64,000 bases of DNA from an uncultured virus (IMG/VR IMGVR_UViG_3300009419_000015). Lineage: Duplodnaviria; Heunggongvirae; Uroviricota; Caudoviricetes. A program made the position numbers and the translations under genes. A model generated the notes under the pieces. The model made no database searches and was not told where the DNA came from. It saw only the letters and a program-made list of their open reading frames with translations. This document shows, one piece after another, positions 22,156 to 31,365 of the stretch. The stretch is taken from IMG/VR virus record IMGVR_UViG_3300009419_000015; one strand, given 5' to 3'. The first letter of the stretch is position 1, and each line of letters starts with the position of its first letter.

Positions 22156-23550
22156 ATGAATAAGAATTTGAGCATATCTGATCAAATAAACACTCAATAC
22201 AGAACATATGCACTGTATGTTTTACAAAGCAGGGGTATACCTAATTTCTATGATGGACTTACTCCGGTTCAGAGATTGATACTAGAAAACTCACCGTCCA
22301 GATTTAATAAAACTGTGGGTCTTGTTGGTGAGGTTATTAAAACCGGGTTATATCACCACGGGGATTCTTCATTAGCAGGTGCCATATCAAAATTAGCAAG
22401 ACCGTTCGGATGTGCATATGGTATATTAGAGGGTGATGGATATTTTGGATCTCCGGTTAACCCAAGTCCAGCAGCCCCGAGATACACATCGGTTAGAATT
22501 AACAATAAGATTAAGGATATACTTTCTAAAAATTCAGATCTGAACGAAAAGAATGAGGAGGGAGGTCATGATTGGATTCATACCGAAGTTCCATTGGGAT
22601 TACTTACACACGTGGTTGGTATTGCTGTTGGATATAGAAGCAATATACTTCCCAGAAAATTTGAGGATATAATCGAATATCTCCAGGGAACACCAAAGTT
22701 ACTAAAACCTTACTTCAAGGACTTTACCGGGAAGATTAGTAAATACATGGGTGAGGAAAATACATGGCTCATAGAAAGTTCATTTATAGCTGATCCAAAT
22801 AAAAAAACAATCACCATAGCGGATCTTCCGCCAGTAATGAGGTATGATAGCTTCATTAATAAATTGGACGATAAACTCGAAAGACTTGGATTTGAATACA
22901 GAATAGAAAACAGATCTCAAAGTAAATGTGAGCTGGTTGTTTCTCTAAGAGGAATTACTCCCGATAATTTCAAGTATGTTTGTGAGGTAATATCTAAGAT
23001 ATGCAAGATCATAGTTAAGGAGGATGTTATTCTTATTAAGGACGGGAATGTAATGGAATTTGGTTCAGTAAAGGAATATCTTGATCATTTCAAAGAGCAT
23101 CTTGAACTAGTTAAGCTTAAGAGATTATTAAGGGATGAATCTGATTATTCCAAGGAGCTCACTTTTTTGGAGGCAAAATTAAAATTTCTTAATTTTATGA
23201 TAGCCAAGAAAAGAACAAATCCCGAGATTATTAAATTTTTGGATGAATTTGAATCATGGATTTCCACCAGACTTGGTAAAATAGAATTAGTTAAATTATC
23301 GGTTGAACATATAAAACAAACTGAGAATGAGATAGCTGAGCTTAAGAAAAAAATAATACAGGTCAGAAAAGAAATAAAAGGACAGGACAAAATTTATAAG
23401 ACGATGTGCAAGGAAGTTCTTAAACTTGAAAAAAATAGGCATAAGAAAATTATAAATTCCCTATTTGAGCCTGAACAATCTAATGGAATTGAAATATTCC
23501 AGGTGGAGGAAGAGGAAATTGAAATTAAGCAGGAAGAAGACGAAATTTAA
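22156..23550 (+). CDS. Type II DNA topoisomerase breakage-reunion subunit (GyrA or T4 gp52-like)
   Basis: DGLTPVQR, YHHGDSS, AAPRYT catalytic Tyr, GIAVGY. Confidence 0.92.
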   Translation: MNKNLSISDQINTQYRTYALYVLQSRGIPNFYDGLTPVQRLILENSPSRFNKTVGLVGEVIKTGLYHHGDSSLAGAISKLARPFGCAYGILEGDGYFGSPVNPSPAAPRYTSVRINNKIKDILSKNSDLNEKNEEGGHDWIHTEVPLGLLTHVVGIAVGYRSNILPRKFEDIIEYLQGTPKLLKPYFKDFTGKISKYMGEENTWLIESSFIADPNKKTITIADLPPVMRYDSFINKLDDKLERLGFEYRIENRSQSKCELVVSLRGITPDNFKYVCEVISKICKIIVKEDVILIKDGNVMEFGSVKEYLDHFKEHLELVKLKRLLRDESDYSKELTFLEAKLKFLNFMIAKKRTNPEIIKFLDEFESWISTRLGKIELVKLSVEHIKQTENEIAELKKKIIQVRKEIKGQDKIYKTMCKEVLKLEKNRHKKIINSLFEPEQSNGIEIFQVEEEEIEIKQEEDEI

Positions 23551-23588
23551 AATAAAAGAAGAACTAGAACTATTAAATAAATAAAATA

Positions 23589-24362
23589 ATGAAATTAAGA
23601 ATTACGAGCATACCAAATTTAATTGCTTTCCTTAAGAGATTGAAAGCTGTGGACAAGAGTGTAATATTAGAGATAACCGACGATATGGTTTTTTCTAAGG
23701 TTCATACACCAGATAAGTCAATCATGAAATATTCCAGCGTAAAAATAGGCGATGTTTTAGAGGGAGATATTGATTGGAAAGGTCTAAAGACAGACAGAGT
23801 TAAGATAGGTATTATAGATGCTACCAGATTAATGGATGCATTTAAGCACTTCAGACCAGAAGAAGAAGTCTTTTTAGAGCTTGTAACCGATCAAGTAGAC
23901 GGATCTTGTGTAGCAACTGAGGTTAAATTGGTATCAGCATCGCTTAATATTAAATTAAGATGCGCTGATTTGAATTTATTATCGTACATCGAGGATAAGA
24001 TACTTTCCCTTGTGCATAGTAAGGAGGATTATTTGGTTAATTTCAAAATATATCAATCGGATTTTACCACGGTACTTTCTCTTTGTGGATTAGAAAATAA
24101 CTCGGAAGAAATTCTTTCATTCCAGATAAGCGATAAAAATGCTCATGCTGTAGGAGATTCATTCAACTATAAGCTAAATATAGGTTCATCCGAAATATTA
24201 TTTAACGACAACTCGGTAGACAAGGTTGAACCAAACGTCTATAAGAACCAATTATCTCACATGGAGGCTGAAACTTGCCAGGTATATGTACACGAGAACA
24301 GATTTGTTTTATTCTCTGAACAATCATCAACTTCGATAGCAATCGGATTGGTAGAAAAATAA
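23589..24362 (+). CDS. Probable DNA polymerase sliding clamp (gp45/PCNA-like)
   Basis: 257 aa, two-domain alpha/beta pattern, lies immediately upstream of the PolB C-subunit; inferred from size, pattern and context. Confidence 0.55.
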   Translation: MKLRITSIPNLIAFLKRLKAVDKSVILEITDDMVFSKVHTPDKSIMKYSSVKIGDVLEGDIDWKGLKTDRVKIGIIDATRLMDAFKHFRPEEEVFLELVTDQVDGSCVATEVKLVSASLNIKLRCADLNLLSYIEDKILSLVHSKEDYLVNFKIYQSDFTTVLSLCGLENNSEEILSFQISDKNAHAVGDSFNYKLNIGSSEILFNDNSVDKVEPNVYKNQLSHMEAETCQVYVHENRFVLFSEQSSTSIAIGLVEK

Positions 24363-24367
24363 TATAA

Positions 24368-25516
24368 ATGAGTCCAGAAGAAAAAATAGAGATTAAGAAA
24401 AAGATAGAAAGACTTACCTCCCTTAAGAACGAACTTAAGAACGAGGAGCAGGCTATCAAGTTAACTATGAACTCCATCTATGGAGCGATTGGTAATAACT
24501 GGTTTATTTGCTTCAATACTGACGTTGCTGAATCAGTAACTCTGCAGGGACAGGACTTAATTAAGTATTCTGAAAAAATACTCGATAAGTATTTTCATGA
24601 ACATTGGCACCTTGATACAGAGCTACATGAGAAATTGGGTATTACCAAGGTAAAAAAAGTTGTAAAGCCTTTGGTTGTATATGGCGACACTGATTCAAAT
24701 TACGTGACCTTCCAGGAGGTCGTGGACTCCTGCGATTATCAGGGAGATGATAAGGATCTCATCATTAAGATTAATGAATATAGACTAAATGAGTATCTTA
24801 GAAAATGTTTTGATATTTACTCTAAGAAATGGAATACCGCAAATTATCAGGATTTCGAATTAGAGACTCTTTCATATAATGGTATATTTTTAGGTAAGAA
24901 AAAATATGTTGTAAATCTAGCATACGATTCTGGACTTCATATGGATCCTCTTCAGCAACTTAAGTTCACTGGTGTTGAAATGATTAAAGGTGGTACACCT
25001 CCATTTGTTAGAGAAAAATTAATATACCTAACCAAGTTTATATTCTCCAAAGGTAGATCATTTGACATAAGGGAATTTGTTAAGGAACTTAAAACTATCA
25101 AAAAGGAATTTAAAACCCAGGAGCCCAAGAACATATCGGCATCGGTTAACATAAACAATTATGAAAAGTTTATATTAAATGATACTACAGGATTCGAGGT
25201 TTCGAAGGGATGTCCAATTCACGTAAGAGCTTCGGGATATCATAATTATTTATTAAATGCATCAAAATACAAAAGTAAATATTCTCTCATAAGAAGTTCT
25301 GAAAAAATAAACTATTATTTTGTTAAAGTTAAATCGATAGCGGAGAATAACGTTTTTGCTTACCCACAAGGAACTTATCCTTATGAGTTTGCTCCACCTA
25401 TTGATTATGATGAGCAATTTACAAAGACCATACTTGATCCGATAAACAGATTCATAGAGGTCATGGGATACAATAGAATAAGTCCAAATTTATTCATGAT
25501 AAATGCCCTATTTTAA
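24368..25516 (+). CDS. Family B DNA polymerase, C-terminal subunit (second fingers helix, palm motifs B/C, thumb)
   Basis: KLTMNSIYG (motif B), YGDTDS (motif C), KKKY, GVEM; hydrophobic C-terminal tail like a clamp-binding peptide. Confidence 0.92.
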   Translation: MSPEEKIEIKKKIERLTSLKNELKNEEQAIKLTMNSIYGAIGNNWFICFNTDVAESVTLQGQDLIKYSEKILDKYFHEHWHLDTELHEKLGITKVKKVVKPLVVYGDTDSNYVTFQEVVDSCDYQGDDKDLIIKINEYRLNEYLRKCFDIYSKKWNTANYQDFELETLSYNGIFLGKKKYVVNLAYDSGLHMDPLQQLKFTGVEMIKGGTPPFVREKLIYLTKFIFSKGRSFDIREFVKELKTIKKEFKTQEPKNISASVNINNYEKFILNDTTGFEVSKGCPIHVRASGYHNYLLNASKYKSKYSLIRSSEKINYYFVKVKSIAENNVFAYPQGTYPYEFAPPIDYDEQFTKTILDPINRFIEVMGYNRISPNLFMINALF

Positions 25517-25704
25517 TGAGCTTTAATAAAAGATTTTTACCCGAGGTGGATGTACTTGAAAAGAGAAGGGAACAGTATGATAATGATCTGGATTTCTTTA
25601 ATTCGATTGTGGGAAAGGCTGATTGTTTTATAGGATCAGAGGAATCCATGGAATATCTAGACAGATTGGAAAAAAAGCTCTTTGGTAATGAGGAAGAAAA
25701 ATAG
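25516..25704 (+). CDS. Hypothetical protein
   Basis: TAATG coupling to the upstream gene. Confidence 0.55.
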   Translation: MSFNKRFLPEVDVLEKRREQYDNDLDFFNSIVGKADCFIGSEESMEYLDRLEKKLFGNEEEK

Positions 25705-25987
25705 CATTGAAATAAACTTTAATCCTAAGGATGATAATATTTTTTATAATTACTATGATGAATATAGGGTCCTGATGATACACGAGGCTGAGAGTATACT
25801 TAGTAATAAACCAAGCTATGTTCTGCATACCCCGATACCTATACATGATAAAATTGCCAGAATATCTGATCTGCTGGATTTTTTTGTTCTCGAAAATGAG
25901 GATGATATTGTGAATGATCTAATTATGATCAGGAATTCAATAAAAATCAAGATGTTCATCAACCTACAGATTAATGAATTAATTTAA
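25688..25987 (+). CDS. Hypothetical protein
   Basis: ORF 25682..25987, ATG at 25688. Confidence 0.5.
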   Translation: MRKKNSIEINFNPKDDNIFYNYYDEYRVLMIHEAESILSNKPSYVLHTPIPIHDKIARISDLLDFFVLENEDDIVNDLIMIRNSIKIKMFINLQINELI

Positions 25988-26052
25988 GAAAAGTCCAATT
26001 ATAGATCTAATCAATCTTGATATATAGATGGTAAAATAATTAATATTAATTG

Positions 26053-27513
26053 ATGTTATTAAATAAGAAGGTATTAAATTTCGTTTCTTTCTTGAATGAA
26101 TCAAAGACTGACGGAATAAAGGTTATAGTTCTTACCGGAAATGTAAAGGGTAGCAAAACATCCGAATCATTTAAGGAAGAATGTGAAAAAATGGGAGCTG
26201 AATGTCACGTTGTTGATGTTAACGAAGCTGTATTGGAAGCCGTATATAATGGACACCTCATAAAGATGGACGGTGAACAAATATTAATAGATCCCAATTC
26301 GACCGTAATTGTTCCACGAAGAGGTGTATTGGAAAATTCTCACACTAAGCAAATATTACTATCTCTGGAAGAAGCAAGGTATTTTACTGTAAATAGTTTG
26401 GAATCGATGGAGGTGTGTGAAAATAAATTCATCACATCAAAAATAATGGAGGAACATGGATTACCTGTTCCTAAATATGCTCTAGTTCCTAACGAGGATG
26501 CACTCGATAGAGCACTGGAGGAGATTGGTGGTAAATTCCCCGTTATAATGAAATTATTATCGGGAACACAGGGAATTGGAGTTTCTATAGTTGATTCATA
26601 CGCATCTTTAAAATCAGTATATCAAACAATTAGAAAACTTGATGATACAAATGAAATATTGATTCAGGAAAAAATTGATTCAAAATCTGATTTAAGGATT
26701 CAGGTAATAACTAAAAAAATAGATCCTTTAAATCCGACTAAAGACAATTGCATTATATTGGGATCGATGAAAAGAGATGCTGTTGATAAGGACTTTAGAA
26801 CTAATTACTCATTAGGTGGAAGCGTTTCTAAATATGAAATAGACGATGAACTTGTAGATATTGCATGTAAAGCAGCTAATGCGGTAGGATGCCATTGGTG
26901 TGGAGTTGATATTATGATCGACAGTAAGACCAAAAAGCCTTACATACTGGAAGTTAATTCATCTCCTGGTACTGAGGGTATATCAAAGGCTATAGGTAAA
27001 CCGATCGTAGAGGATGTTCTTGATTATATACTAAATAAAGATAACTGGTCACAATCCGATCTTGAAATAGGATACCTTGAAACATTAACAGTTCCTGGAA
27101 TTGGTAGAATGGTTGCTAAGTTTGATACAGGTAACGGTGCTAGATCTTGTACATTACATGCGGATGAAGTAGAGGAACTGGACGGAAAACTAGTTTGGAA
27201 GGTCGGTAAGAAAAAATTTGTAAATGATATAGTTGGATATTCCGATGCTGAAGTTGGTAGGGACGTACACACAAGACCAGTTATAGAAATTGATTTAGTT
27301 TTTAATAATGTAACTGTTCCTGGAGTAAAAGTATCACCAGTTGACAGAACTGAGAAGAGCACACCATTTTTAGCAAATAGAGCATTTATGAGAAAGCTTG
27401 GATTAGTAGTTAATCCAGATAAAGCTTTTGTAGTAAGTGGTGAGCTGGAAGATAAATATAGCGCGGGATCATCCAAAGGTGAAGCCCATGCAGGAATAGA
27501 ATTCGAAAAATAA
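26053..27513 (+). CDS. rimK: RimK-family ATP-grasp ligase fused to a C-terminal RimB/DUF785-like retropepsin-type protease
   Basis: GTQGIGV, IQEKI, DLRI, FRTNYSLGG, CGVDI, LEVNSSPG; then AKFDTGNGA, RPVI, DR.....FL.NR. Confidence 0.85.
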   Translation: MLLNKKVLNFVSFLNESKTDGIKVIVLTGNVKGSKTSESFKEECEKMGAECHVVDVNEAVLEAVYNGHLIKMDGEQILIDPNSTVIVPRRGVLENSHTKQILLSLEEARYFTVNSLESMEVCENKFITSKIMEEHGLPVPKYALVPNEDALDRALEEIGGKFPVIMKLLSGTQGIGVSIVDSYASLKSVYQTIRKLDDTNEILIQEKIDSKSDLRIQVITKKIDPLNPTKDNCIILGSMKRDAVDKDFRTNYSLGGSVSKYEIDDELVDIACKAANAVGCHWCGVDIMIDSKTKKPYILEVNSSPGTEGISKAIGKPIVEDVLDYILNKDNWSQSDLEIGYLETLTVPGIGRMVAKFDTGNGARSCTLHADEVEELDGKLVWKVGKKKFVNDIVGYSDAEVGRDVHTRPVIEIDLVFNNVTVPGVKVSPVDRTEKSTPFLANRAFMRKLGLVVNPDKAFVVSGELEDKYSAGSSKGEAHAGIEFEK

Positions 27514-27523
27514 TATAATATAA

Positions 27524-27751
27524 ATGGAAAATTTAAAAGAGTTTGGTAGTGTTAATACACAACCTATGCACGAGTCTTCTCAGGACGAAAAAACTGAAAA
27601 AATACAGGTACTTCTTTCCAAAGAGGATCTAACAGATTTAAGTAGAAAAATCTCGAAAGAAGCATTGGCAAAAGGTGAAGCACCCGTATCAATTTCTCAT
27701 TATGTAAGAATACTTATTAGAAGAAATCTTGGTAAAACTACCTCTGATTAA
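27524..27751 (+). CDS. Small protein with possible ribbon-helix-helix fold
   Basis: KIQVLLS beta-strand then helix, and SISHYVRILI helix. Confidence 0.45.
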   Translation: MENLKEFGSVNTQPMHESSQDEKTEKIQVLLSKEDLTDLSRKISKEALAKGEAPVSISHYVRILIRRNLGKTTSD

Positions 27752-28104
27752 TTTCTAAAGAAGTCCTCATATGATAATACCCTATTCGAACCAACGGATT
27801 GGGTATTTTTTTGATCACTAGAATCATCATCTGAATCATCACTAGAATCATCCTCCGAATCATCATCTGCATCGTCACCATCTGCATCGTCATCCGATTC
27901 ATCATCCGATTCATCATCCGATGTATAATCGGAATCATCATCCGATATAGTTTCAGACTCCTCATTATCCTCTAAAGGATCTGTATCATCAAACGATTCC
28001 TCGTTGTCCCATGAACCAGAGCCATCTAATTGGCCTTCTTCATTGTTTAATTTGTTTTCAGTTTCCTGTGATTCAGTTTCCTGTGGATTAAATTCTGTTT
28101 CCAT
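27748..28104 (-). CDS. Highly acidic low-complexity protein
   Basis: SDD repeats; C-terminal RVLSYEDF; GATATATA on the minus strand at 28130. Confidence 0.6.
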   Translation of the reverse strand: METEFNPQETESQETENKLNNEEGQLDGSGSWDNEESFDDTDPLEDNEESETISDDDSDYTSDDESDDESDDDADGDDADDDSEDDSSDDSDDDSSDQKNTQSVGSNRVLSYEDFFRN

Positions 28105-28139
28105 TTTTTAAATTTTAAAATTAGTTAAATATATATCAT

Positions 28140-28460
28140 ATGAAAAAAATACTAGAATTCGACGATTTTTTGGAGAACGATCTTGAATTAGACGAAGCTC
28201 AGAAATCAATGCTTAGAGATTGGATTACTAAATATGAGAAATACTTCAATTTCCATGACAGCGGTAGTTTCATTGATTCTATAGACGATATAACTAATGA
28301 TGCAATAGCACAGTTGGGTATAGATAAGAGTAAACATGATGCTGTTCAAAGTTATCTTGAAAGCTTATATGATCTTTCCGATGGTATATCAGTTATAATG
28401 GCTCCCGGAATAGAATTTCAATATACTAATATAGATCAGGTCCAGAGATTCCAATATTAA
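28140..28460 (+). CDS. Hypothetical protein (MKKILEFDDFLE N-terminus)
   Basis: ORF. Confidence 0.65.
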   Translation: MKKILEFDDFLENDLELDEAQKSMLRDWITKYEKYFNFHDSGSFIDSIDDITNDAIAQLGIDKSKHDAVQSYLESLYDLSDGISVIMAPGIEFQYTNIDQVQRFQY

Positions 28461-28516
28461 TTATATTTTTATTGAAATAATTACATTGTTTTATGTATAA
28501 TTATTAAATATTTTTA

Positions 28517-29437
28517 ATGAATAGAATTGAGGCAGTATACGTGGATTGGCATGCGCCCAGAAAATTTAGGGGAGCATCTTCTCCAGTTAAGAAACCCTGG
28601 GAGATTGCATTAATAATCAGAAGCACACATTTTGCTAGGGAAGCAAATTCTTGGTCTCCCGTTTTATATTGCGACGAAATAACATACGCATATTACGATA
28701 AGATAGGACTTCTTGGCCACTTCGATAAAGTTCATCCAATATTACCACTTGATGATATAGGATTTGATCCGAATATATTTTGGGCTGGTGCTAAATTTAT
28801 AGCAATGAAAAATTGTGATTCACCATTTGTAATGATGGATTTGGATGCGGAGATTCGCTTTAAGGTTGATCTTTTAGATTACGATGCATTTTTCACTCAT
28901 TATGAGGGCATTATTCCCGGTGATATTAAATTTTATCCGGATCCTGAATACCTAGATAGTGATGGATTTTTTACTGAAAGATATGCTTTTGAGTGGGGAG
29001 AAAAAGCTTTTAATACATGCATTTTCCATATTAAGGATATTATATTAGCAAAAGAATATGCAAATGCCGCTCTAGATTTTATGTATAGTGTTAATTCAAT
29101 TAATCCAGCATTCGAGAAAGTTCCTTATATACTTTTGGCTGAGCAGAGATTCGTGTATGAATTTTGTAAAATCAAGGATCTAAAAGTCGGTACGCTAATA
29201 AAGGGTGAATATATACCAACTAACTATATGCATGGAGTTGATTCATTTATTAATTCTGATTTAGCTGAGATTGGCGAGAAAGGATTTTTGCATGTTTGGG
29301 GATATAAAAGCAACCTAAATAGCAACGAAGATGAGGCAGAAAGCTTTTTCGGTAACCTTATTTCGACTACACCACATCTTAAGGATCCCATAGTTAATTC
29401 GGTAAGATTAAATTCTGAATTAGTTTTAGATAAATAG
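28517..29437 (+). CDS. Putative GT-A fold glycosyltransferase-like protein
   Basis: FWAGAK, PFVMMDLD (DxD), FNTCI, AEQR, FLHVWG. Confidence 0.55.
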   Translation: MNRIEAVYVDWHAPRKFRGASSPVKKPWEIALIIRSTHFAREANSWSPVLYCDEITYAYYDKIGLLGHFDKVHPILPLDDIGFDPNIFWAGAKFIAMKNCDSPFVMMDLDAEIRFKVDLLDYDAFFTHYEGIIPGDIKFYPDPEYLDSDGFFTERYAFEWGEKAFNTCIFHIKDIILAKEYANAALDFMYSVNSINPAFEKVPYILLAEQRFVYEFCKIKDLKVGTLIKGEYIPTNYMHGVDSFINSDLAEIGEKGFLHVWGYKSNLNSNEDEAESFFGNLISTTPHLKDPIVNSVRLNSELVLDK

Positions 29438-29513
29438 ATATAATTATAAAATAAAAAATTATTTATTATATAATGTGAAACATTTAAAGTGATGTGTACT
29501 TTAAATAATATAT

Positions 29514-29970
29514 GGGGCTGACCAGGTATTGATTGGCAGCATTAGTTCTTTGAGACGCAGGCAGAGTTAGTATCGGAAACTCTTTAATAACCTATACAAA
29601 GCTTTAAACGGCAAAACAAATGTTTGGGACGCTATCAACTCGTTTGGTGCTCCCGTATCTCAAGTTGAGTTCGCAGTAGCGGCTTAATTGTCGGGTCTCA
29701 GTTACCTAGGAACAGAAATCTGAAAGCGGGAAAAAGGGTTAACAGTACCACAAAACGAAGACCATCAGTAACCCTGAGCGAAAGCGACAGTCCACAGAGA
29801 AATCTAAGGAGCGCTGTTAATGGAATTCAAATGGAAGATTAGTTCACGATAAACCGAACCATCTAATAAGGGAATCGTAAATTTTGTTCGTTTCGAAAAA
29901 TGAACTAAGCCTGTGAATGAGTCCTTAGGGTTAACTGAGCAAGACTAGGGTTCGATTCCCTACAGCTCCA
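29514..29970 (+). ncRNA. ssrA: tmRNA (ssrA), about 457 nt
   Basis: 5' GGGGCTG pairs with 3' CAGCTCC-A including the G3:U Ala determinant; T-arm TAGGGTTCGATTCCCTA; internal tag ORF 29610-29687 GKTNVWDAINSFGAPVSQVEFAVAA*; 3' end is CTA, so CCA is not encoded. Confidence 0.93.
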
Positions 29971-29972
29971 CT

Positions 29973-30006
29973 AAAAAGTCTATTTTAATTAATAGACTTT
30001 TTTTTT
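29973..30006 (+). terminator. Intrinsic terminator after tmRNA
   Basis: AAAAAGTCTATT-loop-AATAGACTTTTT followed by T run. Confidence 0.8.
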
Positions 30007-30054
30007 GTTGAAACTTTTTAATTTTGAGATATATAATCTTAAAATATTTTATAC

Positions 30055-30408
30055 ATGGAAAACATTATTATATCAGTAATTGGAGTGGTCGTTTTATTTG
30101 CTTTAGCTATAATTACAGCGAGATGGAATGAAAAAAAAGAGAAAAAAGCTATTAACACTTTTTCACACAAGTTTACTTCTCCGGTTAAATCGGATAGTCC
30201 GGTTGTTTTATCTGAAACCGTAGCATCAGGATCTACTAAATCCGGACCTCTTGGTACCACAGGGAAGAAACCTGCTGCTAAAAAAGTAGCCAAGAAAAAA
30301 TCAGAATTTCCAATGACTGATAATAAAAAATCAGACAAACCTAAAACTGGAGCTAAAAGAGGAAGAAAACCTAAAAAGGATAAAGGTAATGATTTGCTTT
30401 TAAGTTAA
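30055..30408 (+). CDS. Membrane-anchored protein with Lys-rich (H1-like) tail
   Basis: N-terminal TM helix; KKPAAKKVAKKK and KRGRKPKK. Confidence 0.65.
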   Translation: MENIIISVIGVVVLFALAIITARWNEKKEKKAINTFSHKFTSPVKSDSPVVLSETVASGSTKSGPLGTTGKKPAAKKVAKKKSEFPMTDNKKSDKPKTGAKRGRKPKKDKGNDLLLS

Positions 30409-30440
30409 GCAAAACTAACATATAAATAGAATTATCTAAG

Positions 30441-30468
30441 GATCCCGTAGAAAAAACGGGATTTTTTT
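30441..30468 (+). terminator. Intrinsic terminator
   Basis: ATCCCGT-loop-ACGGGAT followed by T run. Confidence 0.75.
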
Positions 30469-30527
30469 GTGATTTATTTTTTTATTCCGTATATTTGTTA
30501 TAATCTTGTAGAAACAAAAAAATAATT

Positions 30528-30980
30528 ATGAACTTAAGGAGATTTAAAAAAAGAGTAAAATTGAGTTTCGCTAGATTTTCACGAGTAGCTACTGGGAGAT
30601 CCTCTGAAATTAGACATAGAAGAAGCAAGAACGAGAGGATGATTATCCGAATCGTTAGATCAGTTCTCAACGTACCCGATAGCAGGGTCTATTACTCCCA
30701 CAAAAGTTCCAGATTTTTTTTGCATACGAAGGACCGAAGATATATCATATCAATGGATTCCGAATCTATTAGAATTACTAATCATCACTTCTTTTTCAAT
30801 AGCGATTTAAGAAGTAGTGTTTCTGATGAATTGATCGACTTGGCATTTTCCCGCATCGAGGAAGACATGGTAAAACTTGAATCAGCATCTATATTCAATG
30901 AGAATATATTTCTTACTGAGGTTTATAATTCAATCAAATCTAAGGAGGGAGAAATGGTTGGAATGTCAGTAGACGAATAA
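30528..30980 (+). CDS. Hypothetical protein
   Basis: ORF after a class I promoter (30478-30508). Confidence 0.6.
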   Translation: MNLRRFKKRVKLSFARFSRVATGRSSEIRHRRSKNERMIIRIVRSVLNVPDSRVYYSHKSSRFFLHTKDRRYIISMDSESIRITNHHFFFNSDLRSSVSDELIDLAFSRIEEDMVKLESASIFNENIFLTEVYNSIKSKEGEMVGMSVDE

Positions 30981-30994
30981 AATAAAATTATAAA

Positions 30995-31357
30995 ATGAGA
31001 ATAGCTGTAATAGCTCATGACAATAAAAAAGCGGATCTGGTTGCATTTGTTATGAAGAGATTGGATTTTTTTTCCAAATCCGAAATAGTAGCCACCGGTA
31101 CCACAGGAACACACATCGAGCATGCAGGTTTGGATGTAGACCTAAAGAAATCGGGACCTCAGGGAGGTGATGCTCAAATTGCGGCAGAATTAGTTAGTGG
31201 TAAGATAGACATGGTTATTTTCTTCATAGATCCATTAACATCGCATGCTCACGAGGTTGATGTGCAGATGTTATTGAGATTATGTAATGTTTATAATATT
31301 CCAATCGCTACCAATTACTCAACTGCTGATCTTCTTATAAGATCGATTAAAAAATAA
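30995..31357 (+). CDS. mgsA: Methylglyoxal synthase
   Basis: IAHDNKK, ATGTTG, SGPQGGDAQI, FFIDPL..HAHEVD, IATN. Confidence 0.93.
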   Translation: MRIAVIAHDNKKADLVAFVMKRLDFFSKSEIVATGTTGTHIEHAGLDVDLKKSGPQGGDAQIAAELVSGKIDMVIFFIDPLTSHAHEVDVQMLLRLCNVYNIPIATNYSTADLLIRSIKK

Positions 31358-31365
31358 TTAATTAA

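Noticed and set aside
9700..24480. Split intein or trans-splicing joining the two PolB halves
   Set aside because: There is no Cys/Ser-initiated intein N-block at the end of the N-half and no His-Asn-(Cys/Ser/Thr) block at the start of the C-half; both ends look like plain coiled-coil helices.
27810..27950. CRISPR array or non-coding tandem repeat
   Set aside because: Short degenerate TCATCATCCGA units are codon repeats of the Asp/Ser-rich ORF on the minus strand; there is no repeat-spacer pattern. No CRISPR array was seen in the window.
29940..29973. Stand-alone tRNA gene
   Set aside because: The T-arm and acceptor strand pair with 29514-29520, so this is the tmRNA 3' end; there is no anticodon arm.
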